NCBI GenBank assembly: GCA_036172245.1
Contig: JAYWIR010000013.1
Coordinates: forward strand, 2,976,001-3,040,000
Reading direction: 5' to 3'
Origin: Raillietiella orientalis
Taxonomy: Eukaryota
Length of the DNA stretch: 64,000 bases
The notes below the pieces were generated by a model. The model was not told where the DNA came from, ran no database searches, and saw only the letters and a list, made by a program, of their open reading frames with translations. This document shows positions 1-12,786 of this stretch, one piece after another (within the stretch, counting starts at the first letter, position 1; every line of letters starts with the position of its first letter). A program made the translations under genes and the position numbers.

Positions 1-749
1 TGTCGGGTGTTGGCTGCAAGAGGAAAACATCTGGTGTTTTCCTGTCGGAGTTATTCGAAGTTTGATCGGCAGCGATGAATGAATGGGTGGACGGGAATCG
101 TTCGGCAAGCCGAGGCCATGACGCATTGTCGATAAACGATCCCGGGAGAATTATCAATATCCCAAGGCAGGGTATGCATATTCAGCAGAAAGTGCTTAAT
201 AAAGGTTATACAGGAGTGCGTCAAGATGTGATGGGAGTCGGTTTGGATGCGTCGTTTCGTTCAGTGAGGCGCCATTTTCGGGAACTGCTTGGAAGAAGGT
301 TCCGTCTGTCATTCTTCGGCAGTCGCGAGCGGCGCCGCCGTCATGCCTTCAGTTTTGTGTAGTTTCCAGAGAGAAATTCCTTCCGGTACCTGCGGAAGCC
401 ATGCATAGTGCAGCAGGAAGCACGGAAAAGAATTTCGAGAGAGATTGCACCGCAAGAACTATTGGCGATCCGGTGTAGGTAGATAGAATACTTGTCTTCG
501 GATGTGTCCCTGCGGGAAAGTGCGAAAGAGTCTCACCATGGGGAAGCGAGCGGTGGCCGATTTTCGATCCTCGCTCCAGAAACAGGAGTACGTCCGCGGG
601 AAGAGAGAGAGAGAGAGAGAGGGAAAGAACGGGTATTTGTTTTCCTACCAATGCGAACGAGCCGGGGAGGCCAGGCAGTTTGGATTTCCGTTGCCAGCTC
701 CTTTTCACGGTGCATACCTTTAGGGTATAGGGGACAAACGAGACTGTCT

Positions 750-1850
750 CATGATCGCCGCTGCATTTGGTGTGTCCTCCTGCTTTCGTTTGATTTTGGT
801 GATGGGAGCGCCCGAATTCCAGATCTTTGTGGTCGCGCGCCCTCCACGTGAGAGCTTGCATCTTGATTTGGTGAGTCAGCCGAGCTTCTTTCGTGAAGCA
901 AACTGATAGCTGCACTGGAGTGACGGTTGAACGTTAGGTTTCCGAGCGAGGGTCGAAATATCTCTTCTGGCAGCAGTTCCCTCCAAGCCGTCTTCAGCTC
1001 GTGCGCTCGGTCGAGAACCAGCTTGACGAGGAGACAGGTCAGCCTGTTGAGGAACGCTTTGCATGTTCTTGGGCGATGCTCACTGCTACAGTGCGAAAGA
1101 CGGGGTTGTATCGAAGCGCAAGTCGTGCAGATTGCGGATTCGATCATGGGTAGTCGCGAGCAAGAGTGAACTTGGATGTGCACTCACGAACGACCTACCT
1201 GGTATACAGTGCTGTCACTTGCAGGTCAGCCAGGGTTCAGTATGGGGTTATTTGAAAAACGTGCTCTTCTCCATGAAAAATTCTATTCGTGTTTGTGTTT
1301 TACGAACGATCTGCCGGAGGGTATAACCAGCAACGAGGGCATTCTCCGCCCTCTTCGCTGTTCCACCCCCCCACCACCCCCTATTCTATCCTCCACTCGA
1401 GGTTGTGGTCCCGAGAGGGTCTCGGGTCCAACCTCTGCTTCTGGCAGATCTAGGGAAGCTTATATTGGAGCACACCAGTTCTCTGTTGGCGCGCCTGGAG
1501 TGCCAACAGAATCGCTTGGAGAGGCCCTCCATCCTTTTCCAGAGAACGAGTCTTCGGAGCTGGCTCCCCTTCTTCATCTTGTCTATTCCGGTGCTCCAGC
1601 AGGATACGTTGGGCAATGCAAAATTTACCGTTATTGCTTTCCCTCTACCCTGCAGCGATTAATTTCCACCAAGTGAGGACCTTGGAATTTTTTGCAGTGT
1701 CCTGCGGCCGAGCAGTTCGGTGATGTGCGTGTGCTTGCGCGGTGGCTTCTCATGCTTTCACAAGGAGAAGGTCGTTGGTTTGGGAAGCGGCGTTGAGGTG
1801 GCCTCGCGGAAATGCCCACCTGCAACGGAGTCCAGTACCCGGAAACTTCT
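750..1850 (-). mobile_element. Possible decayed LINE C-terminal fragment
   Basis: Minus ORF 749-1183 has a zinc-knuckle-like RLP..CTTC....LSHC pattern, and KRMEGLSK (~1520) resembles RKTEGLSR at ~26335. Confidence 0.3.
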
Positions 1851-4800
1851 TCACATGTGGGAAAAGTAGCTGATCGCGCTCTCTCTCACCGACGCGAACG
1901 TTTTCACTCGAAACACGAGACAAGGTGCACCACAAGATACTTCGCACGGAAACATGCACGACAACAAGAGTATGGGGCGTGCTGAACACCCAGATACTGG
2001 GAGGAGAAGGATAGAGCAGCATGAAAAAGGAGAACCAGACTGGTCAGGAGGGCCGCTCGATCCCTGGTGAGCGTGGAGCGGTGATCGAGCGGAGCACCAC
2101 CTTCCAAAAGCGGCCTGCCATTCTCGTTGATTCGCGAAGTAACACTGAAAGATGGACGCTTTCCTGAAGAAGACCCAAGCAATTGGTTGCTTGGAAGGAA
2201 AATCTTTTGGCAAAAAGGTTCTGCAGTTTCTTTCGACCGGATATCTGATGTTCCTCATTTGAAGCAGCCAGTTCAGTCGGTCGGTCGGCGCGGCAGTCGA
2301 TTGATCGGCGGAACTTGGATCGGTAACCTATGATTCCAGTTTCTTCTCTGGCACCAAAAACAACTGCAGGTTGTAGTGCCTTTTTTTTTTTTTGTCCATC
2401 CTGTTCTGCTACTCGCGAGAAGATCCTCAGCACCCGTTCCGTAAACATTCAGCGGTATTGGTTGTTGCCGTAACGAGTGAAAGGACCACTGCAAGCAGTC
2501 TGTTGGCTGCTTCCGGTCGACGGGGTCAGCGGCATCGTGGGAACGCTATCTTCTCCCGTCCTACCACTCGTACTGTTGAGTCACTTGGCTTACGCTTGCC
2601 ATCTCGTTCTGTTCGCGTTGTCGCCCAGTTCCTTGGATTCGCAGCCGATAGCGTGCGCTTCCTGGTTCCCGTCCGGAGTCTCCTGGAATCGGACCGACAT
2701 ACAAAAGAGGGCGACGTGCAAGGAGGGAAGCCTCACTGGTCCCGGGATCCACGCGCTCAATGGTCACCACTCCGCAACTGCCGTTGCGTGGGGGCGGCTC
2801 GTAGCCTCAACACGAAGTGGAGCGGGTTTCTTTGCACCGGTTCACTGAAAGAACGACCGACTCTCTTCGCCGTCTCTCCTGTTCCCAGAAGACGATCGAA
2901 GGGAAGGGCGTTGCTGTCGAGGACTCTTTTCATAGACGCCAGCAATCCTGCTTCCTGCTGGTCATGTGCTTCTCTCCATTCTGCTCTCCCACCGCCTCAC
3001 CAGTGTTTTTTTTTTTTTTTTATTGCTTACCAATGGACGCACCTGATTCATTTTCTTTGCCGGATTTATTCCTTTGATCAGAGACCTCACGCTACGTCCC
3101 CTCCTTCGCAGCTGGAGCCGACCGGGAAGTGCGAGCACTTTCAAAGTGCGATAAGAGCTTCGTTCGCTGCAGTGTATGTTGTGCTTCTTTCCCCATCTCC
3201 ATCTTGGCGTTCGTTACCACCGCAATGCTCCGTGTTGCTGACCTACTTCCCCGAGCGTGGATTATGCTCCGTATCTAAAAGAGGAGGGGAGGGAGAGAGA
3301 GAGTATAGTACCGTACACAAGCACTTTTTCGGTGTACCGTGTGCGCGTTGGAACCCGGGTCGGGGTGGAAACCGCGCAACCCTGCGTGGACTGCGCCCTG
3401 CTGGAGCTTCCGTCCGTCTGCCGCTTCGAACTCGCTTGCGGCCTACTCCAGCGCCTCCCTGCGCGCAGGCCGCGGCATCGTGGCGAGCAAGCAAGGACGT
3501 TGAACTCTCCACGGCATTACAGAACGGCACGCGGTGTTCCACACAGTTCTTGCCGGATGGGGGAAAAGCGCTCCCCCCCCCCTCCAATCTCATGTTACCC
3601 GGAGAACCCGACAAGACCTTTCGACCGCTTTCCTGCTTCCTTCCAGGCGTGTTCGGTGCACCCGCGTGCCTTTCGGCGCCTACTGGCCGACGCTGCGACT
3701 TGGTCACCCCGGTGTTCCTGCGTCCCAGGGTTCTCCCGATCCCTACGGCAAAAGCTGAGGAAAATTGCGCGCGAACCTGGAATGCAACGGGAGGAGGAGA
3801 GCGCTCGCGCGGGCGTCTAGCGGGTGTGAAGAGACGGCCGCCGCGAGTCGCGAGCTACTTGTCCAGAGAGTACTGGACTCTCTGAGCACTCCCTTCGTTC
3901 TCCTGCTGCCCGCTGATGTTCACCGGGTTTCATGGTGTTTCGGTGTGACAGGTGTGCGCGACCGTTCGAGTGGGAGAAAGCAGACGCGAGCTTCCGCGCT
4001 CTTCCATCCATTTCTTCTTCCCGGCTCGTAATGGATTCTTTGAAAGCTTGGAGGGATGACTTGCCCAGGAGGAACTTCGTAACGGTACCACGGAACGTCC
4101 TTGCATGGTGCGCTGCTTGCCAGGCTAAGCAGTCACCGGACCAGCCTGTGCGCTTAGTCCATTAGCGGTGTGCGCTAAGAGGTGCGGCAGGACCAAGCAC
4201 TTGCGACTCTGTGGCTCTGCTCCGCGGATCCCCATGTTTTATGCTGTTGTCGGCACTGCCGTCAGGAGGTGCTGTCCTGAGCCGGAGAAGCGTGTACCCA
4301 GGTCCCGCGCACAAGTATTTTCCCCGCTCGCTACGGCCCAAGCAAGTCCTTCCGCAGCACGTCACCCACGTCTGTCTCCGGGACCTCCAGACCTGGAGGG
4401 AAAAGACCCTCAGGTCTGGGAGCGTTCACGGCTGAATCAGGGGCCAATGTTGCCGTCGGGAGTGCGTGCGCGGTTCTATGTCTTCCCGGCATCTGCACAG
4501 CAGCATCCCTCGCGTCGCCCCCGGACTTGGAATCGCCTCTTCGCAGGGGGAGGGGTTTTGCGCAACTCTATTCCCCGTGCGGTTCGCCCACACAAGGAGC
4601 GAAAAAGCAGAGTTGCTCCCAAGCCCTCAGACTTGCGAGGCCATTCGTTTCGAACGGAATGGCGATCCGTCATCTCGCTTGGACCACGTTATGCCGGCTG
4701 CAATCTATAATTAATAAGAAATTACCTTTCCTTTTTTCCTTCGTTTTTTTTCTTTTTTTTCCTCTCTCTCAAAATGCATTTTTTTGTCTTGTTTTGTTTT

Positions 4801-5712
4801 GTTTCCGCTGATGCCTCCTTTTCTCGCAGTTTTCGGAGCTCCCTCTCGCGGGTGGACACGGAGCCCTAGCTCTCTCTCTTTTCCATTAATGGAAAACTTC
4901 CGAGGGCTTCATGGACACAGCTCTGTTACTCCGATGACGACGCTTCCGATTGTCCCACGAAACATCACCATCCGGTGAACACGTGGTCCTTCGGGAGCAG
5001 ATTTTATTTATTTATTTATTGTTTGGATGGCTTGGTCCGTACGGGATGAGCATTTGCGTCTGCAGTCCTCCGCAAGCGCTTGCGTAGTAGAAAAAAGAGA
5101 GAGAGCGAGAGGAGGGCGGGAGCGGAGGCGGGGAAGGCGAAGCATCTCCTCACTGACGCATTTGCAGATAATTGCTTCCATCTATTCGTCCCCCCTCCCA
5201 CTTCACTCTCGCTTCACGTGCGTCCCCCGCTGAAAATCGAGCAAGAGCAGGGTCCTCGAGGGGTCTGCTTTTCCTCCAGGTCATCCTGCGAAGGGATGCT
5301 CGCGCGCCGTGGATCATCCCGCCTGCACCCCGTCCTGAGCCAGGTTTTCGGCAGCCTGCGGCCCAAGAGACGGCTCCCTTCGCGCGTTCTCCCGCTTCCG
5401 ACTCGTTCAGCACTTCTTCCGGGACGCGAAAAACGAGGAAACCTTGACTGGCGAATCGCTTCCCCGAGGGCAATTTACGGGAACCTGGAGTTCCTCTCCT
5501 CTCCTGTCTTCCGATCCCTTTCGTTCCTTACGGCGTTCCTCAAGGGCGCCAATGCCAACGTCGAAGCGGGAGCGGATCTCAGGAGGGGGAAGAGCAGGCG
5601 ACCGCAGCGACTGCCCTACGGTGGAGTCTCCGGGTTTCTCGACCTTGGCGCTCACCCTGTTCCGGCACGTGGTCAACCTCAGTCAGCGCAGGCACAGTGG
5701 GAGCAGAGGGCT

Positions 5713-6600
5713 GGGTTTAACACCCAGGTGCGCTGGGGCATTTATTTTAAAAATAAACAAACGTGTAGCGCCATCGACCCTACAACGTCCGAAAATACTC
5801 GGTACCTGCCAAGTAGCCTGCACGCAGGCCGACGAGGTTCCCTTCGGCAGCGGAGGGGGAGGGGACAAACAAAAATAAAAACAAAAACACTATTTACAAA
5901 AAAAATGGGAGGGTTAGGGAAGGGATCACATTCCGCTGGACGCCGTCCCCTGCATCCTTTCCAAGATGCCTGCAAGTTCCACTGGAGTATGATGAGGCCA
6001 TCTTGCTGCCGGCCTCAGGAAGTGTAGGGCGAAGCAGATATAGTCCCTGTTGCTCCGTCCTCCCCTCACGTAGCTCTAGACCGCCGCAATCCCGCGTAGG
6101 CAGCAGCACAGTGCTGCTAGGGATGCGGCAGGCGAAAGGGCGTCGCGCACGAAGAGGCGTCCCTGGGATTGTCCGTCGGTGCACCAAGGGCCTTTGTGTA
6201 ACGCAACCACGAGGGGCCAGACGGCAACACAGTCTGCAAGCAGGTGCGGGAGGTATTCCCGTTCCCCACACTTGGAGCAGTTGGAGTCCACAGCCCCCCA
6301 GGTCCAGTGAGAGCGGCGGACATTGCACGGGCGACCCCAATGCAACAGCAGAAATGCTGACTCCTGCCACTTCAGAGAGAGGGCCCAGTTGTTCTTCAGC
6401 ACTGGGGCCACTCGGTCTTCCCGTGAGATTCTTAGCAGCTCGCCCAGCGCAATAGTCCCTATGGTGGGGACTTGGGATCGCAGCGTCTGCTAGCTGACCC
6501 ATAGTCCAACCACCTAGCAGCAGAGCGCTGGGTAGTGCTGCGGAAGGAGCTCACGCTTCCGGAGAGCAAGGTTCTCGTGTCGAGGTCATTTGCACGCCAG
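5713..6600 (-). mobile_element. 3' fragment of the same L1/Tx1-like family (minus strand)
   Basis: Minus-strand ORF LKWQESAFLLLHWGRPCNVRRSHW...CSKCGEREYLPHLLADC is clearly homologous to LKWQESALLLLHWGSPCNARRFHW...CARCGERKSLPHLLVDC at ~60480-60630. It shares the 3' terminal signature. Confidence 0.9.
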
Positions 6601-6699
6601 GGTGAACTCGGTTGCGGAAGGCCAAGCGGAAGAGGGCTTCCTTCGGTTGGAAAAGCGGTCCTTTTTGTGGGCAAGACGAGAAGACTTCAGCTCCCCCCC

Positions 6700-6960
6700 C
6701 TCTCCCCCACAAGTAGGTGGGGTGCGGACTCTCTCCCCAATCCTCTCTCTCTCGACGGCGTTGCGCACTTTCGTGTCTTTCACCTTGCTGTGGGGAGCGC
6801 TGCCTGGAAAAGTCGCCGGTGGAGAGCCGCTGCGCGCGAGGCGATGGGAACGGAGGGGAAGCGGGTCTTCTTCCCCTTCCCTTGAGCGGCACTGGTGTAT
6901 CCTGGCAGCGCGTGGCGGTGGTCGGCGACCGTTTCACGGAAGAGCTCCCTTCGTGCTTTG
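6700..6960 (+). mobile_element. Possible decayed LINE zinc-knuckle fragment
   Basis: LRTFVSFTLLWGALP...RCAR...SWQRV resembles the L1-clade C-terminal pattern, read across frameshifts. Confidence 0.3.
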
Positions 6961-7522
6961 GGGTACGTCGCGCGGGCGGCACTCGCGCGTCTGCACCCTA
7001 ATCTCCTCTCTGTTGACTCTCGAGGAGGGAGGAGGGAGAGAGAAGACGGATCCATCTTCCAGTGGATAAGCGCTTCCAAGCGCTTGGCTCCCACAGGAGT
7101 TTAATGGAAAGCGTCTGCTGGACAGAGCCCGAATCGGAATTTCATTGACGCAATGAATCACGTTAAAAACCGGGGGTAGTGGAAGATAACAGGTTCCCGA
7201 AGAGCTGTACATCCCATGATTTACTGCTGCATCGGTTGCACTGGGGGGGTGGGGGTGGAGAGAGAGAGAGAGAGAGAGAAAAACAAAGCAAAAGAAGAAG
7301 GAGAGTGGCTCTATTGCCCTTCAGGTTCAGCGCCTGATGCGGCTTCTGACAAGAGTGCAGGGGCGCATTTGAAAAGACGAAGCTTCAGGGAGGGGAGCGT
7401 TCCCGGTTCCGGAGCCGATTCTTGCCACACCACTCGCGACAAACCACCGGAAGGACCCTTGCTGAACTCTCCATGCGCCATAGGCACGCTTGTGCATCTG
7501 GCCCCTTCCCGATTGCGAAGTC

Positions 7523-7900
7523 GTTTCTTACCCAGTTGCTCCAGGACGTTTATTAGAAATAGAAATCATCTGGGAGCATAGTTCCCAGACAAAGGGAACA
7601 GAAGCTTAAGGGGAGGACTCTACGACACGCAGGTCGGGCATACTGAGAGTCCGGAGGGGGAGGGAGGGGACAATAAATAAATGCAAAAACATATGGGGGA
7701 GGGGGAGTAGAGGACAGGGGTCTTTGGCTTCTGCCGTTCCTTCTCAGACTGGCGTTGAATGCCGGAGATCTTCCTCACTGCGAGTTGCGAAGTCGTGGAA
7801 CCGTGCGGCGCGCGTACGCGACGAGGGACAGCAGTGCGCTGGCGAACCTTGCGGGAGTCACGGCGGGTGGGTGGCCGCGTGGGCCTTCCTTGCTGGGCGG
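7523..7900 (-). mobile_element. Short, more diverged 3' fragment of the same or a related LINE family
   Basis: The minus strand shows a pyrimidine-rich UTR followed by AATAAA-CGT-CCTGG-AGCAA-CTGGG-TAAGAAAC, with weak C-terminal similarity (ISGIQR vs LAGIRER/LEGILRR). Confidence 0.55.
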
Positions 7901-8059
7901 TAGCGAGTTGGCCAGGGAGAGCTTAGAAACTGCATTGCTCTGCCCGGGGCAGGTCGGATTGGATCTGCGAGGGTCGGGCGCGTGCCCAGGGAGACCTCGT
8001 GTGTGCGGCGGAGGCACCGGAGAGAAGATGCTCCGTTTCTCACGACCATGTATTTTCAG

Positions 8060-11000
8060 TACCTGGCGGCAGTCAACAAGTCTTCTTCGAACCTCATCAC
8101 CGAGCAGATCCTGGAAGCATCCCCTTTGCTCGAGAGCTTCGGAAACGCCAAGACGTCCAGGAATGACAACTCGTCCCGTTTCGGGAAGCACGTCGAGCTC
8201 CGCTTCAAGCAGTAAGTTCTCCGTCCCCTCCCTGTTCTCGAGTCGGCGAGTCGCAAGGGGCACCACCGGTGCAGTGCGACATCAGCCGGCTCATCCATTG
8301 CTTCTCCTCTCTCACACGAGAGTTCCTAGATAGGAGAAACTGTGTCGTTAGCTGACCTCGCAGAAAGGTCACGGCAGCGCCTCGCTGTTTCATTGCTCGC
8401 TCTCCTTTTGAATCGTGATTGTGACGTTTCCTCTTTTTGGAAATTTGTCCCCCGTGGCCCCTCATCAACACGTTCTTCAGAGGCCTAAAACCTGTTTCTG
8501 AATGACTGTTGCCGGGAACCTTCCGGTGTTCTCGAGGAAACCCCTAGAGATTTTCCCATCCCAAGCAAGGCGGTCGGCATTTTAAGATGCCGCGGGCCTC
8601 CTACCATCATCACTGCCATTTTTCACCATCATAGTCATCTTCGCTACCGTCTTCCTCCTCCTCATGCCTGGATGTGTACTTCCCGGGCCACCTTCGTCTT
8701 TACCGTCATCTCATAGTCACCACCACCACCGTTATTATTATCATGATCCCCTGCATCCCTCATCGTCCTTCCCATCACCATTGCCATACTCATCGACCCC
8801 ACCTTCGGATCCCAAACCAGCTCCCTGACTCGCCTTTTCTGCTGTGGGCCTCACGTCCGGAGGATGTGGCAGCTCGCCCCCTCTCCCGGAATGCCTTTTA
8901 TGCAGCCTCTCGAGAGCAAGGATCCGCACCCGAAAGAAACCCTTGCTCCACATTCTCACCGTCCAAAAGCTAAGTCCCTCCTTTTTGTGTGTTCGCCAGG
9001 AGCGTGATAGCTGGCGCTCAGATCACTGAGTACTTGCTGGAGAAGTCGCGCATCGTTACACAGGCTCCGGAAGAGAGGAACTACCATGTCTTCTACGAGA
9101 TGCTCGTTGGCCTGACCGACGAGCAGAAGGAAAAGTACGGCCTGTTCGTCCCGGAGAAATACTTCTACTTGAATCAGGTGCGCGTGCGCGCGCGCGACGA
9201 GTGGCTGACCGCGGCTTCCTTCCCTACTCCCTACTCCCTCCCCTCCCCCAGGGGAAAAGCTGCGACATCGTTGGGAAAAACGACAAGGAGGATTTCCACA
9301 CCCTGCTGTCTGCCATGCAGGTGATGGGGTTTACGTTCGAGGAGCAGGACACCATCTTCCGGATCCTTGCCTCAGGTCTGTTGTCGCTCGGACACCGGTT
9401 TAGCGCCCTCCATCCCCCCCCCTCTCTGGCTGGCAGCGGCAGTGGGTCCGTGGGGCTGTGAAGAGTGACTGATGCTTTTGGGTTCCAAACCAATACCCCC
9501 AGCCGGCTCCCAACCACTGGCCGTCACACGCTTCTGCGTGATCTTGCAGAGGAGGAGGAAGAGGAGGCAGATTCCGCTCTCCGGGAAGGCACGCGTTGCT
9601 CGTGCTCCCGTGGGTCCGTCCTTCTCCCCTCCCGGACGCGCTCCTGCATCAGGCTTCCGGTAACCTTCGATGGCAGATGCTCTCCTGCATTACCCCTTTC
9701 CTTCTCCTTGTCGCCCTTCCTCCCGCGAGAGGGAGTGCCCCTCAGCGATGGGGAAAAGCGAACCGCGGTGATGCGACCTTCTTCTCGTCCCTCCGGTGTG
9801 CAGCGCCAGGGTGGGGTCTCGAGCGCTGGCATTCTTTTCCTCTCTCCCCTCGGGGAGCGGCACGGTGATGGCGTCTTTCTCGAGAATGGTTCGTCCTTCA
9901 GGGACCACGCAGTCCCCTGGAGGAATGCCGTCCAGGAGCTGCGTTCGCACCACCAAATCCGCCAGACCCTTGCCACCAACCTCGTCACCATCCCGCCTCC
10001 CGCTCCAGTGACGAACGCGTCCCCCCTCCCCCTAAAATGGCTTCCCGGGTTTTCAGTTCTGCACCTGGGCAATGTGTACTTCCACCGGAAGCAGCTGAAG
10101 CACGGCCAGGAAGGAGTCGAACTGGGGTCCGACCTGGAGATCAAGTGGGTGTCCCATCTCCTGCAGCTGGATCCGGAGAGCGTCTTTCAAGCGCTGACGT
10201 CCAGGGTGACCGTAAGTGACTGGAGAGCCTCTCTCCCCCCTGAAGGGGTGGAAAGGGCACACAAGCCCAGGGAGGTCACGGGCGTACGCATATGTGCAGG
10301 AAACTCGCGGCGAAAGGCTAGCCATCTCGCTGAACATCGACCAGGCACTGGACGCGCGGGACGCCATCGCCAAGGCCCTCTACTCGTCCTTGTTCACGTG
10401 GCTGGTGACTCGTGTCAACTACATCATCTGCAAGAGTCCCTACGAGAGCTCGGTGTCGCTCTTGGACATCTATGGCTTCGAGAACTTCAAGGTGAGTACG
10501 CAACGGGAGGCCGGGGCGAAACTCGGAAGGGGTCGTCGCTTCCGTACGATCGACTCCTGGGGCTCTGACTTCCCTCCCTTCCCCCCTCCCACAGGAGAAC
10601 AGCTTTGAGCAGCTGTGCATCAACTACGCCAACGAGACGCTGCAGCACTACTTCGTCAAGCACATCTTCAAGCTGGAGCAGCAGGAGTACGTCAGAGAGA
10701 GGATCGACTGGCGTCCCATCCCCTACGAGGTCAGTACGTGTGCGAGAGGCGCCCCGTCGCTTCACTCGTGATGCTGCTCAGTGGCAACCTGAAACCGCCA
10801 CATCCGGTGGACGCTGGCATCGCCGGTGCGAACCTGTCATTCGTCTTCAACTTTGAGGACTCATCTCTCGGGTGCGCGCTGCTCCTTTTTTTTTTTTTTC
10901 GATGTCCCTCGCCGCCAAGCGTCAGTGGCATCACGACCATCTCCACATCATCACACCGCTCTCATCTTCACTACCCTTCCTTATCACTATGACGATCGTC

Positions 11001-12786
11001 GCGACCGTCTCATCGGCATCGACCTTCACTCGAAAAGTCAGCAGGCATGCAGCCGACAGCAGAGTGTCCCTCCCGACCTTTGCGACAGGCGGGCTCGTCG
11101 AGGTGGTGCAGGGCGTCTCTGGAGAAACGTTCGAAGAGATCTCGAAGAGCGACGTGCTCCCCTTCCCCTCTGGCGCCCGCGGTCGAGCAGGTGTTTCGGC
11201 TCGTCCGCTCGTTCGGGGGAGCCGGAAGGAGGCGTTGTGACTGCGTGTAGGCTTCCCGTCGATCTTGTCGTCCGAAGCCAGGTGGACGGAAGCTGGGGGT
11301 CCCGTCGGCGTCTCTCCAGCAACCGCTCCAGCCAGCCTTGCCCCCCCACCACCTTTGCCTTGTCTTTCTGCCACCAGGCCCGCATGCGCGTCACGCAACG
11401 GCAAGGTTCTGTGCCACGAACATCTTCTTCCTCCTTCCGTGCCTCATCATCCTCTTTCCCTTCAGGACAACCATGTGGTCATCAGCCTAATCTCCAAGAA
11501 GCCCACTGGCATCCTGCACATCCTGGACGACGAGTCCAACTTCCCCAAGGGAACGGACATGTCCTTCCTGGAGAAGTGCCACTACAGTCATGCCCTGAAC
11601 GAGTTTTACTCGCGGCCACGCATGCAGTCGATGGAGTTCGGCGTGCGCCACTACGCCGGGCAGGTCTGGTATTCGGTCGAGGGGTTCCTGGAGAAGAACC
11701 GAGACGCCCTGAGGCACGAAGTCGTAGACCTGCTGAACAGCAGCAAGCTTCCGGTACGGATAAGTGCCCCCCCTTTCCCACCCACCATTTCTCTTCCCTT
11801 CGCCTGCCTCGCCACCGAAGCCTTCCGCTCGCTTTCCAGATGGCCCAGAAGATTTTCGACAACTTCCCACAGTGCCACGCCGAGGGTTCCACACGCTCCC
11901 TCAACAAGTCGAGTGGCCGCTTCGTGACCGTCAAGCCAAGGACGCCCACCGTGGCCACGCGGTTCGAGCACTCCCTGCAGAACCTTCTCGAGTCGATGGG
12001 CAGGTGAGGGAAGGAGACACGCTCCCACAGGGGGCGGGCCTTGTCCTTTCTCTTCCCTCTCACGCGGCCCTCCTCTCTCCCCCGGCCTTTATCCCCAGGT
12101 GCAACCCTTGGTTCGTGCGCTGCATCAAACCCAACGACGACAAGTCCCCCATGAAGTTCGACACGCCGGTGGTGCTGGAGCAGATCCGGCGCACGGGCAT
12201 GCAGGAGACGATCCAGATCCGAAAGCTGGGGTACCCTGTGCGGATGAGCTTCACCCGTTTCGCCGAGAGGTACCGCTGCCTGCTACGCTCTGGTGCCGCC
12301 GACCGCGGCGCACGGCTCCAGGACGTCTGCGAGGCTGTGCTACGGGGTGCGTCGGACCAGGAGTTGACGCCATCGCCAGCGGCGGCGGAAAAGAGCCAGT
12401 ATCAGATGGGCGTCACCAAGGTAACCAAAAGCCGCAGCCGTTGCGTTCTATTCCGTTCCTCTCTCTCTCTCTCTCTCTCTCCGCCGACCCTCCCACCTTT
12501 CCTTCCCTTTTCCCATCAGGTGCTGCTGCGCGAGAACCTGGAGCGGAGGCTGGAGCAGCGGCGCCACGAGGTGCTGACGGCAGCCGCGACGACGATCCAG
12601 CGCAGCGTGCGCAGTTATCTCCAGCGTCGCGACTACCAGATCAAAAGGCAGAGCGCGATCCGTATCCAGGCAGCGGTACGGGGGTGGATCACCTACAGGA
12701 GGTACAGGAAGTTTCGGAAAGGCATCACGAAGGCGCAGGCGCAGTACCGCATGCTTCGCGAGCACCGCAGATTCCTGCTGATGAAG
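8060..12786 (+). CDS. Myo15: Myosin XV motor domain (switch I onward) and IQ neck exons
   Basis: Exons are approximately 8060-8211, 9000-9177, 9252-9375, 10057-10211, 10300-10491, 10595-10729, 11466-11753, 11840-12003, 12099-12420 and 12520-12786, all bounded by GT..AG with compatible phases. IQ motifs: [33 protein letters not shown]. Confidence 0.93.

Noticed and set aside
2392..3885. 497-aa ORF, and other long ORFs such as 5080-6027, 26264-27349(-) and 28347-29393(-)
   Set aside because: They are Arg/Ser/Pro-rich, run through homopolymers and microsatellites, show no recognisable domain, and are expected by chance in GC-rich DNA.
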